Below, piece after piece: positions 1-11,700 of a stretch of DNA of 64,000 nucleotides. A program made the translations under genes and the position numbers. The notes beneath the pieces were generated by a model, which ran no database searches, was not told where the DNA came from, and saw only the letters and a list, made by a program, of their open reading frames with translations. Each line of letters starts with the position of its first letter. Positions within the stretch are counted from its first letter, which is position 1. The DNA lies in contig CM035356.1 in the NCBI GenBank assembly GCA_020137815.1, forward strand, positions 7,316,001-7,380,000, read 5' to 3'. The DNA is from Hormiphora californensis. Lineage: Eukaryota; Animalia; Ctenophora.

Positions 1-539
1 TGATGTTGAATGTTTGCTTTATTTCAGTTATAAAGATTTCAAACTCAGACTATCAATTACTGAATAACTTGACAATGAACGCCATATTGTACAGGATGTC
101 CCACCAGTTTGTGAGGGCGTACGGCCAGATAACCTGGAAATGTCGGTTTAATACAATGTTTGTAGCGCGCGAAGTTCTTTCAAATAAAGGGCCAAATAGA
201 TCCGCGCCGCGCGCTCAACTGTAGCTATTTTATTTTTTTATTTAAATTTGTCATTTTCCAAGATGGCCGTTTTCACTTGGCATGCGCTGCAGACCCCAAG
301 TGCGCGCGTTTTCCACGGCTTTGAGGGCCTGTAGCATAGGCCAACGTTTTCACTTTAAAACTTTTTTAATTCTTTTCTACAATTTTCACTAACTGTTAAC
401 ATGCTAGAAAATGCACTTTGGCCATTATGTAAATGTAATATAATCATTTATATATACCACTTTATAGTGTAAAATAATGGAGCACGCACCAACAGCCTAC
501 GCTTGACATACTCTCTCACTTTCAAAAGTGGTACAGATA

Positions 540-750
540 CAAAACACGAGCATAACAAAACACGAACATACAAACACGAACATAAACACGAACATACAAA
601 TCACGAAAATACAAATCACGAACATATACCACGAACATTCAAAACACGATCATAACAGTTACTAGAACATCGGGACAAATAAATAGACCAACAAATCAAC
701 CCACCGACAAATAAATAGACCAACTAATCAACCCACCGACAGACCACCAA
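540..750. repeat. Short tandem repeats: (AAACACGAACAT)n-like array, then two copies of GACAAATAAATAGACCAAC.AATCAACCCACC
   Basis: Visible 12-14 bp degenerate units at 540-655 and a ~32-bp duplication at 673-740. Confidence 0.8.
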
Positions 751-2219
751 AGTCAAACAAACTGTACAAATAATGCAAACAATAATTAAATAAATTAGCT
801 GTCCTTCAAACATGCAGTCCTTGAGAGTATGTATTTCGATACAGAGTTTTTTCGGTGGATATTATTGTCTGGACATACAAGGCATAGTTTTTTATCGAGA
901 AAAACGTTTAAAACGGAGTGTATGGTCTTCACTCTTCTTTCTTCGGCCTCTCTCAGCCAGTCTGCAACCTCATCTACTCAACTCTACACAAACTCGAAAG
1001 GCCAAGATACGTTTAAACAAAACACACACAAAGAATCTAAAATACTCTGTCATGGGTGGTCCCTCTACTAAGTCTCAGGTAGATGTAGGAAGGAATGTAG
1101 ATGTAGGAAGGAGTGTATAGTAGGTGTAGTAGGACATAGGTATAGTGGGATGGAAGGGAGTGGAAGTCTGGAATTTGGACTAGTGCATAAGCCATTAGGG
1201 CGTGGTGGCAATGAATACCGAATAGTGATAGGTGAGACAGGACACGGGAACCCAGGAAAGGACCAAGCAAGGGAGGCAGACCATGTGTAGTCCCAACTGA
1301 AGCCAGACAAGAGATAAGCAATTTGGAGAATTAGAAGCTGTAGCCTGGAGGAGGACAAGGATACACTGCACAACTTAATGGAAAAATGTGCCCTGGAAAG
1401 GATGAGGGTGTGCAGGTGCTGGAAAGATGGTGCTGTGCAGACGCCAGACATACCAAAATGACCCAGGAAAGCAAGGAAGCAAGTAGAAACCAAGGAAAAC
1501 CAGTAGTAACCATAGGAACCCAGTAGAAACCCAGGAAAACCAGTAGTAGCCATTATAGGAACTCAGAACCCAGGATGTAGAAATAAGAGGGAAACTCAGA
1601 AGACAGGTAGATTTCAATAACCGACTAACCACTTCTAAGAACAACCGAAACTTTCAATGAATAGATGATGTTTCAGGTACTTTTTGAACTCTGCAACAGA
1701 GGCTGATTCTCTTAGGAGTCGTGGTAGACTGTTCCATACGACTGGACCAGCTATAGAGATACCACGTTTAGTAACATTGTGTCGAAGCTTGAGGCTACAG
1801 TGTATTTTCTCTTCCAACAGGGTACTATCGTCGTCCGCTCTTAGTCCAATCTGTTTTCTCTGCCTCATTCCAACATCATCCTTCAAGTATTCTGGAGTCT
1901 GACCATGAACTACATTGTACATCAAGAGAGCGATTTTATATCGAATCCTCGCATAAATAGGTAAAAAGTGGAGTTCCTTGCTTAGTGCTGTTATTCCCCT
2001 TCTCTTCTTCCAGTTGAATACGTAACGTATGGCCGAGTTCTGCACTTTCTGCAGGCGCTTTAATTGCGATTTGTTAATACTGTAGAGAAGTGAGTTACAA
2101 AAGTCAAGTTTTGAGTGAACGAAAACGTTTACCATCCGGATCCTCGAGTCCTTGTCCATCATTCCCCCTACTCGCCAAAGGTTGTTCAGGTAACCCATAC
2201 ATCCCCGTACCACATGCGA

Positions 2220-5200
2220 GGAGGGTAAAGCTGGGTCAGGTGATTCGGGGCCCTCCGACCTGATGGGAGTCTCGGATCTGGTGTCATTTAATCGCAGAGT
2301 TATTTCTGGCCAACACATCCCTGGTGTGGCCGCTCCGGGTTCTTTTAGTTCCTTTAGTTCTTTTAAGCCAATTAATGCAGTCCGTAATCATTTTCATCTG
2401 GCAACTTGGAATGTTTTATCTCTACAGTCATCATCCTCTAAGTTGTACGAATTATCAAACGCAGTTTCATCTTTCCAACTTGACGTTTTGCTTCTCACAG
2501 AAACGCACTGGCCTGGTACGGAGGTTATGACCCTGGATAACGGGCATCTTTTTATTAACTCTGGCAGGGCAGATGGTTTGAGGCGGCAAGGTGTTGGGTT
2601 GGTGTTATCAAAATCTGTCAAGAAGTCCTTAATTTCCTACAGTCCCTTCTCTGAGCGCATCATGGCAGCCCGACTGCACACCAAACATGTTAATATCTCC
2701 CTTGTTATTGCATATGCTCCAACCAATGATAAGGATGACGCGGTCAAGGAGGAGTTCTACAACCAGTTATCATCGGTTTTGGATAGGCTTCCTCGGCAGG
2801 ACGTGGTCTTCTTGGGCGGGGATTTCAACGCGAGGGTTGGTGGCGGGCACTCTCTCCACCAAGTTTCTAATGACAACGGTGAGCGGTTGGAGGATTTGTG
2901 TGGGATTCATCAGTTGTCTATTGGTGGGAAGATGTTCCCTCATAGGGATCACCACAAGGGAACCTGGAGATCTCCTGACGGTACCACTGTGACGCAGATA
3001 GACCATCTGTGTGTCGGCAACAAGTGGCGAAGTTCTCTGTTGGATGTTAGGGTCCTAAGGAGTGCAGACATCGGGTCTGATCACTACCTGGTTCGGGGTA
3101 AGGTTAGGATCCGGCTGAGTGCAGCTAAGAACTGTAGGAAACCGGTCAGGGAGGTTCCAGCTATAGAGAATCTCAGGAAGGGGTGTGATGAGACACGCAC
3201 GGAATACAATGTCTCTCTCCGGAACAGGTTTGAATCTCTGGAGCCTGAGGAAAGTCTGGAGGGTCAGTGGCGGCAACTTAAGGAGGTAATCGGTGAGGTG
3301 TCACTGGAGGTCCTGGGAGCGCGGCCGAAACGGATTCGTCAGCAGCACTTGTCTCTGGAGACTCGAGACCTCATCGCCCAGCGTGCTGAGCTGAAGAAGA
3401 ATGATCCCGAGGGTGGATCTGAGTACTCTAGGCTTAATAAGTTGGTCAAGAAAGCAGCACGGGTGGACGATGAAAGGTGGGCGGATAGTTTGGCGTCTGA
3501 TCTGGAGGATGCTGCGGTGCACGGGCGGCAGAGGGAACTTTGGCAGCACATGAAAGATCTGTCAGGTGTGAGGAAACGCGGCGGTACTGCTGTTCGTGAT
3601 AGGAACGGTGAACTCATCGCTGATCCTGTTCAACAGCGGGAGCGCTGGGCGGAGCACTTCTCTGAGCTGCTAAACCCCCCTGTAACTACATCACAGCTCT
3701 CGGATCTGGATGGTCTGGAGGTGGACCCGTGCTTTGAGGATCTTGGTGAGGATGATCCTCCGCCTTCTCGTGGAGAAGTTTTAGTGGCACTGAACAGGCT
3801 CAAAAACCATAAGAGTCCTGGCGTTGATGGGATCTCGAACGAACAGCTACGGTATGGCTCGTCCGGTCTTGTTGGCCCCCTTGTGGATCTGTTTGGTGGA
3901 GTCTGGAGGGAGGAGAAGGTCCCGGAGGAGTGGTTAAAGGGTGTCATCTCGGTGATTCCCAAGAAGGGTGACGCCAGTGTGTGCTCAAATAATAGGGGCA
4001 TCACTCTGCGATCTACCACTTCCAAGCTGTTCCAGATAATTATGCTGAACAGGTTGTCTTCTGGTCTTGAATTGGCACTTCGAGAGAATCAGTGTGGATT
4101 CAGACGTAACCGGTCTTGTGTGGATCAGATTTATTCCCTCCGTACCATCATCCATCAGTGTATAGAATATAATGTACCGTTGTATATAAACTTTATTGAC
4201 TTCAAATCAGCATTCGATTGTATTAACAGGGATTTTATCTGGGCCGCATTTCGCCATTATGGTCTTCCAGAGAAGTATGTCCGGATAATTCGAGCATTCT
4301 TCGACGGTACTATGAGTGCAGTGAAACATGACGGGGAGCTCTCCGGCTGGTTCAGTGTCCTCAGTGGTACCGGTCAGGGCGACATTCAGGGTCCACCAGT
4401 CTTCAACATCGTGATTAACTGGGCGGCTCAGCTTGCTGAGTCCAACAAGACTGTCTCCAGGGGTCTCACTCTTCACGGCGCTGAGAGTGATGAGGGTGGG
4501 GAGTGGATCATGGATCTCGACTATGCTGATGACATGGCTGTAATGGATGATACTGAGGAAGGGCTCCAGGAGTCAACAGATTTGCTGGTAAAATACGCAG
4601 GGTACGCTGGTCTGAAGATTAATGCGAAGAAGACCAAAGTTGTGGCTTTTTCAAAGGGTCTTAGCCAGCGCCCATTTTCAGAGGTGGATACGGTCGGCAT
4701 CTCTGTGGAGGGTAATCCGGTTGAGCAGGTTTCCAGTTTTACCTATCTCGGATCGGCGTTGTCCTCTGACGGTACCATCGACAAGGAGCTTGGTATCAGG
4801 ATAGGGAAGGCTTACAGTGCATTCAGTATGCTTTGTAGGATCTGGTACAACCGTAACATCAGGACCTGTACCAAGATCAGGATATACAGAGCTGCTGTTC
4901 TGACAGTTCTTCTCTATGGTTGTGAGGCCTGGACAACTACTCAGGTCCAAGATCGCCGGGTGGAGGCGTTCCACCAACGGTGCCTGCGTAGAATCCTGAG
5001 AATACAGTGGTTTAGGAGAGTATCTAACAGGGAGGTACTGGAGAGGGCGGGGATAGAACCAATCTCGAAGTTCATTGGCAATGGGAGACTCCGCTGGTTT
5101 GGACACCTGATTAGAATGCCTGAGGGTAGGGTGCCCAACAAACTCTACCACTGGGTGCCTAGTCATGGGAGACGTTCCAGAGGAAGACCGCGTAAAACCT

Positions 5201-5377
5201 GGTCCTCCTGTGTGCTGAATGATTATCGAGACGCTACGGGTCAATCCCAGTCTCTCCGTGCAATTACTAACACTGCAGAGAACAGAAATGAGTGGAGACA
5301 GCTCACGTCATTACGAGCGAGGATACTTGGAGCCGGCCACTCGAATGATTGAGGAGACCGTACCAAGTATCAAGTAA
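2220..5377 (+). mobile_element. Apparently full-length RTE-clade non-LTR retrotransposon
   Basis: Flanked by the 13-bp TSD GTACCACATGCGA (2207-2219 and 5378-5390). It has a CAAGTA-repeat 3' tail and a single 1029-aa ORF. Confidence 0.95.
2263..5352 (+). CDS. RTE APE-endonuclease/reverse transcriptase protein (1029 aa, uninterrupted)
   Basis: APE motifs ATWNV, LTETHW, YAPT, GDFNARVG and SDHYLV; RT motifs QCGFR, FIDFKSAFD, GQGD, YADD and FTYLGS; RTE C-terminus RLRWFGHLIRM...RGRPRKTW. Confidence 0.95.
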   Translation: MGVSDLVSFNRRVISGQHIPGVAAPGSFSSFSSFKPINAVRNHFHLATWNVLSLQSSSSKLYELSNAVSSFQLDVLLLTETHWPGTEVMTLDNGHLFINSGRADGLRRQGVGLVLSKSVKKSLISYSPFSERIMAARLHTKHVNISLVIAYAPTNDKDDAVKEEFYNQLSSVLDRLPRQDVVFLGGDFNARVGGGHSLHQVSNDNGERLEDLCGIHQLSIGGKMFPHRDHHKGTWRSPDGTTVTQIDHLCVGNKWRSSLLDVRVLRSADIGSDHYLVRGKVRIRLSAAKNCRKPVREVPAIENLRKGCDETRTEYNVSLRNRFESLEPEESLEGQWRQLKEVIGEVSLEVLGARPKRIRQQHLSLETRDLIAQRAELKKNDPEGGSEYSRLNKLVKKAARVDDERWADSLASDLEDAAVHGRQRELWQHMKDLSGVRKRGGTAVRDRNGELIADPVQQRERWAEHFSELLNPPVTTSQLSDLDGLEVDPCFEDLGEDDPPPSRGEVLVALNRLKNHKSPGVDGISNEQLRYGSSGLVGPLVDLFGGVWREEKVPEEWLKGVISVIPKKGDASVCSNNRGITLRSTTSKLFQIIMLNRLSSGLELALRENQCGFRRNRSCVDQIYSLRTIIHQCIEYNVPLYINFIDFKSAFDCINRDFIWAAFRHYGLPEKYVRIIRAFFDGTMSAVKHDGELSGWFSVLSGTGQGDIQGPPVFNIVINWAAQLAESNKTVSRGLTLHGAESDEGGEWIMDLDYADDMAVMDDTEEGLQESTDLLVKYAGYAGLKINAKKTKVVAFSKGLSQRPFSEVDTVGISVEGNPVEQVSSFTYLGSALSSDGTIDKELGIRIGKAYSAFSMLCRIWYNRNIRTCTKIRIYRAAVLTVLLYGCEAWTTTQVQDRRVEAFHQRCLRRILRIQWFRRVSNREVLERAGIEPISKFIGNGRLRWFGHLIRMPEGRVPNKLYHWVPSHGRRSRGRPRKTWSSCVLNDYRDATGQSQSLRAITNTAENRNEWRQLTSLRARILGAGHSND

Positions 5378-5807
5378 GTACCACATGCGAAACATGCTTA
5401 TCCATTTTCAATTTGTCGTCGAATATAACGCCAAGGTTCCTTGCATATGATGAGGCCTCAACCACTTGATCGAAGAGCTGTATTTCCTTTGGATTGTCAC
5501 CACGGTCATGTATTGATTTTATGATCATAACCTCAGTCTTTCCAGCGTTTAACTTCAGCCGGTTTCGAGCCATCCACTTCTGGATATCCGCTAAGCAGAC
5601 ATTGAGTTTAGCTTCGGTTGCACTGAAATCCTGGGTTTTGAAGGAGCAATATAATTGGGAATCATCGGCATAAAGATGTATCGTCATACCGTGGTTCCTA
5701 GCAATTTGCTCCAACTCTTTGGTGTAGAGAATGAACAAAATTGGCCCAAGAATACTCCCCTGGGGTACCCCTATCTTTACAGCACGCTCTGTTGATGTCA
5801 CATTTCC

Positions 5808-6782
5808 AGAGGGGGGGGTCCGGGGGTATAAAAAGTCACTTTCGGTATCTGGTCCGGCTCGAAGAGCCGGACCAGATGACATACTCGGAATCGATTTTGC
5901 GCGCGCTGTTAGGGAGAAAATTGAGGTTAACTTTTAGCCCAAAATCAATGTTAACCTCTCTAATTCTTAGAGATCAGGTATTGAAACAATAAAAACTGTT
6001 CTAAAAGTAAGGTATCACTAAGGAGAGCATGTGTGAGCAATTTTATGGTGCTATACCTGGTAGTTCTTTAAATTTAGAGGTTAACATATTTCACCAAAAA
6101 GTAGCCTTTTGGTGAATAACTTGGAACATTTTTACGAATCGCCACTACATTCAGCTCATAAACGGCTAAGAGTTGGGCCTTGAAATTTGGCAGGCATGAT
6201 CCTTAGATAATAAACTGTGCTTTGAGTGTAACGATTTTTTATTGGAGCCTCCGTTCCCAAGATATTGAGGTTAACGTCTAAAAAATATCAGATGTGGAAT
6301 ATGTTAACCTCAATATCTTGGGAACGGAAGCCTCAATCAAAAATCGTTACACTCAAAGCACAGTTTATTATCTAAGGATCATGCCTGCCAAATTTCAAGA
6401 CCCAACTCTTAGCCGTTTATGAGCTGAATGTAGTGGCGATTTGAAAAGTAAGGTGTGAAAAAAGACCAAAAAGGTTGTTTTTTGGGCGATAAGTTAACCT
6501 CAAATATCCGAACAACTATATGGCTTAGACCTCTGAAACTTTAAACATTTGGTCTCCTTGATCAGATCTATCGATTGGTACCATTTTTATCTGTGAAGGC
6601 GACATAAATACAAGATTTTTGAGGTTAACTTACATTTTCGGTCAAAAGTTAACCTCAAAAAACAAAGCTTCCTGATACACTTGGTGCGCAGCTAACCTAC
6701 CCAAAAGTTTCCTACCACCGAGTTACATCATATATGTGAACCTCAGAAAAGTACATTTTTTGACCCTCGGACCCCCCCCTCT
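5808..6782. mobile_element. Non-autonomous TIR DNA element (~975 bp) with an internal ~140-bp-arm palindrome, no TSD
   Basis: Ends AGAGGGGGGGGTCCG...CGGACCCCCCCCTCT, with imperfect TIRs extending to ~35 bp. Internal inverted arms at ~6137-6276 and ~6303-6442. Many GAGGTTAAC/GTTAACCTC motifs. Confidence 0.88.
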
Positions 6783-8760
6783 GGCCTTAACTGACGCTGT
6801 TCTCCCGGTAAGGTAAGAACGGAACCATTTGAGAGCTGTTCCGCATATTCCATAACGTTTCTCAAGTTTCTCAAGTAACGTATTATGATCGATGGTATCA
6901 AAAGCGGCACTCAAGTCAAGAAGAAGAAGGACTGCTTTCGAATTGTCATCTGTTATGAGCAGTAGGTCATCAAGGATTTTAACCGTTGCTGTTTCCACGC
7001 TATGACTTTTCCGGTATGCTGACTGAACTTTACCTAGTAATCCATTTGACTCTAGATAATGTGTTAGTTGGAGTGCCACCGCCTTCTCAATCAGCTTGGA
7101 CACAAAACTCAGATTGGACACGGGTCGATAATTCTTTAAGTCATCTTTGTCTCCATCCTTTAGTTTGAACGCTGGTCTAACAAGAGCCTTTTTCAATTCA
7201 GACGGGAACTCGCCAGTGGTAAGACTTGTGTTCACCATCTCAGCCATGACTTCTATCAACTCTGGCAAAAGCTGCGATACCATAGAGGTTGGAAGAGGGT
7301 CTAGGTCGCAGTGTTTATAGGCCATGGAGCGAATTATCTTGGTCAACTCTTCATCCTTTAGCTCTTGAAACTGATCTAGTTTACAACTTATCTCAGCATG
7401 TGGTAATTCCGGAGGAGGGCCCAGTTTTTCAGCATCTTTCTCAATAGTTTCATAGATATCATCCACTTTCTTCTTGAAATAGTTGGCGAAGGCTTCAGCC
7501 AGTTCTGCATCCTCGAAGCCGCTCGGCCTTTCTTTAGGAGTCTTGTCTCTTCCTAGTAAGTAGTTAGTTAACCTGTAAAAGGCGGCGGCATTGTCTTTGG
7601 AGTCGTTAATCTTCTTGTAGAAAAAGTCTTGCCTAGTCGTCCGGATGGCTGAGCTTGCTTCTGCATTCGCTCTCTTGAGTTCATACAGTGCCGTCAGGAC
7701 ATCTCCAGATCGTTTTTTCACAAGATTATACCACCTTTCTGCTTTCCTCCTTTTTCGTTTTGCAGCTTGGCAGGCAAGATTGTACCATATCGGTCTATCT
7801 TTATGAGGCACCACCCTTGGAATTTCCGGTGCCACCTCATCAAGAAACTTCCTTAGCTCACTGTTGTAGAGCTGTACAAGTTCATCCAGAGACAAAGATA
7901 GGTCAAGACCAACTAAGTCAGATTGATTTATCATCTCCACAAAGGCATCCAAGTCAATATCCTTGAAGGACCTGCTCAAGATGGTTTTTGTCAGGCCATG
8001 TTGATTTGATTTGCCAATGTGGTATCGAAAGCTGACAAGAAAGTGATCTGGTAGGTATGTCTTTGGTTCAGAGTTAATTGACGTAACTCCTGCAGAGTCA
8101 GCAGCAGCTCGTGTGATAACCAGATCCAACGTACCCTGATCCTTGTGTGTCGGTACGTTCACCATCTGTTTCCACCCATGATCCTCCAAGACACCAAGAA
8201 AGTCCGATGAGAGTCTATCCTCAGGGCGTTCCACATGTACGTTAAAATCCCCGACGACAAGGGAACCCTTCTTTTCAGAAAAGTTGTGTAAAAAGTCCTC
8301 CCAGTCATCTAAAAACACGGAGTTCCTTCTCCTTGTCGGCGAGCTATAAACTACCGCAATGGTTGTACGAGTGACGTATTTCCCACTTATGGTAGCCTCG
8401 ATATATTCAAATTTTGGAGGTTGGCTGTAGGAAAGAAACGGCCATCTTGGAAATCGGTTAATAGGTTTTCAAGATTTCGGTATTTCGCTGCAGCGGGGTC
8501 GAACGAACTGAACCAGAAATAATGAAAGATTGGCCTACTATCTGTCCATTGTCCTCAAATAATCTTAAATATCCAGTATCCACTAACAATTCCTAATTTA
8601 AGACTGAAGCGCAATGTCGCTAGACTGTGTTTCGGGAGGGTTAGAACAACAAAATGCCAACTGTCCATGCAATTGTGAATTGTGAAACAGCTTTGACTGA
8701 CTGATTGATTGCTAATCCCGCTTCGTAATACCATTACTAATACTAAAATGCTAAGTTAGT

Positions 8761-11700
8761 ATGGCAGGGGAAGACGACCAGAATGTCAAGGTTGCAGTTC
8801 GGTGTCGACCTCTCAATGTCGAGGAAGCTTCCATGAATGCGGCTGAGACAATCAAAGTGAATTCAGAACAGGGCACTGTCATACTGGCTGCGAAGAAAAA
8901 AGGGGACATTGAAAAGAAATTCACGTTTGATCACGTCTTTGGACCGAGTTCTAAACAGTTGGATGTGTATAATATTTGTGCGAGGAAGATTGTGGATTCG
9001 GTGCTGGAGGGATATAATGGTAGGTTATCAATCATACCTGAACCACCCACGTACTCACGTAGCAACCCACCTGGCAGCATATCTGCTCGGTGCTCGTTTT
9101 GTCATCACTTATTATCTCTTTCATTACATTAACAATAACTTGGAAGCAAGATATTCAGACAATAACCCCCTCCCCTCCCTAATAGGAACAATCTTTGCAT
9201 ACGGACAAACTGGGACAGGTAAAACCTTTACCATGGAGGGAGTCCGATCTATCCCGGAGAAAAAGGGCATCATACCAAACTCATTCGCTCACATTTTTGG
9301 CGAAATCAGCAAAGCTGGGGGAGATGTCAAGTTCCTTGTTCGTGTTTCATACCTTGAAATTTATAATGAGGATATCTGTGATTTGCTGTCAAAGAACGTG
9401 AAGAAAAAACTTGAGGTATGAAGTTGTGTGGGCCACAGAGTTGAGATTTGTGTGCGATATGTTACCAGTTGAGCGGCTCAATTTGAGCCAATTAGTTATC
9501 ATTGATTAATTAAATAATATTTCACTCAACTTTCGCTATTTTAACGTGTTAGGTTAAAGAAAGGCCTGACGTGGGCGTGTATGTGAAAGATTTACACCAG
9601 TTTTCCGTGAAGAGTGCAGAAGATATGGACAAGATAATGACGGTACGTACAGTACAATAAACGGGGTGGGGGGAGGGGGATGCAAGGCACAGTGGTAAAA
9701 CAGTGGTTAAACACAGGGGTATTTCTCTCTGATCATATATACCTGATATAAACGTCCCCGCCCCTTCCCCTTGTCCTGTCCAAGAGCTGGGGTATTCCGT
9801 GCCCAAATCTCACTCGCTTGTTTTTTGATATTTCCAGAGTATTTTACACCCTCTCGTCAGATAATCATTTGTTTCCATTAGGTCGGTAACAAGAACAGAT
9901 CGGTAGGCGCTACGAAGATGAACGAACACTCCTCCCGATCCCACGCCATCTTTACCATTACTATTGAGAGGTAAATGCCCGGTAATTGCATTGTGAAGTG
10001 ACTTGAACTGGTCGTACCTCTGTAAAATAGGTTTATAGAATATGGTTCAATCCTCACAGTAAATAACGCTATGTTTCAGGTATGACCAGGGGCTTGATAA
10101 AAAAGGGCACCTTCGAATGGGGAAGCTTCATCTCGTCGATTTAGCGGTAACAACAATTTAATAATGGATTACCAGTTTCAATAACTCTATCACTCTCCCA
10201 GTTTCCCTACCCGGGCCTAAAATTTAGAGTTGTAGTACCCAATTTCTGTTTAAATAACCCTGTATTACCTATTTACAGGGTTCAGAACGGCAGGCCAAGA
10301 CAGGCGCAACTGGAAAGCGGCTAAAAGAGGCCACCAAAATTAACCTCTCCCTCAGTACCCTGGGAAATGTTATATCGGGTAAATACCTACATGGATCAAT
10401 CATTCAATCAGATTTTGAGCTGCATTCAATTGCTAGCCACATTTAAATAATATATAGTCAACACCCTGCCGAACCCTCACAGAGTCTATACATTTCAATA
10501 CATTTCAACATATTTTAATACAATATATTTCAGCGTTGGTGGATGGTAACTCCCATATCCCATACCGAGACTCCAAACTAACACGGCTCCTTCAGGACAG
10601 CCTGGGTGGAAACAGCAAGACTGTCATGGTAATATTATCAGGGTTTTATCACACAAATTGATGATATTACAGTCGTTGTGATAATAGTTATTACTGACAA
10701 ACTACCCCCCCCCCCTAGTTGGCAAATATTAGTCCCTCGTCCTACAACTCGGACGAGACACACGCTACATTGAGATATGCTAACCGGGCTAAAAACATCA
10801 AAAACAAGGCCCATATCAATGAAGATCCAAAGGATGCTATGTTACGGGAATTCCAAAAGGAGATCGAGGCGCTCAAATCACAGCTTGAGAATGGTAAGCC
10901 ATGGAGTGGGCCGTGGTGCGGTGAATTTGTACTGACACAACTGTTTTATATTAGTTGGTGATGCTGTGAATTTGTCTGCTGACAAAAACAGAGCCCCGAT
11001 GTTGGGATGTTATAACTTGGAATAACCAAATCACCCCTCTCCTCCTCTAGCCGCTGCGATGTTTTAACACCAAATTACCCCACTAGCTAGTATAGCTTAC
11101 AACACCAAATCACCCCCTCTAGCTATTATAATAGCTTGTAACACCAAATCACACCCCTTCTAGCGGGTGGTATTTCTGAAGGGGACGAAGAGGATGAAGT
11201 GGACGAGAGTGGGAATGTAGTGAAGAGAAAGAGAAAAGGAAAGAAGGGACCTGCTATTGATAATGTAAGATTGGAGAGAGACTCTGTGACAAGATTAGAG
11301 ACTCTGACGTGATCGAGACACTTGTCTTCAATAACAATGGTAGTTGCCACTTGTTAGAAGATGTGCTTCTTCCCGATACCCCCAATTTTCCATCATCAGG
11401 AAGTTGCGAAGATGAAGGCTCAGTTGGAGAAAGAGAAGAAGGAACTTTTGGAGGCTACCAACATGGAAGCTGCCGACAAAGAGAAAATATCTAACGAGCT
11501 AGGTTAGTTGTATGGTTAGTTGTGCGTCACTTGTGATAATTTGTGATAGACCCTGATAATTTTGTCGTTTGATTAACCACAAACCACAAACATATCATTA
11601 GCTACACCTAAGACCACCCCTCCCCAGCTACACGTGAGACTGAGCTGATGAAGACGCAGGAAGAAAAACAGAAACTAGCCGAGAAGCTACAGATGTTAGA

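Larger units (their letters stand above)
1635..8430 (-). mobile_element. CR1/L2-clade non-LTR retrotransposon ORF2 (partial APE + RT), 5'-truncated and split into three pieces by two insertions
   Basis: ORF 6723-8318 has GDFNVH, GTLDLVIT, DHFLV, NYRPVSNLSFVSKLIEK and LLLDLSAAFDTIDH. ORF 5370-5882 has GVPQGSILGP and YADD. ORF 1635-2318 has SKLDFCNSLL...LHFLPI...WNSLP. The pieces rejoin in frame when 2220-5390 and 5808-6782 are removed. Confidence 0.93.
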
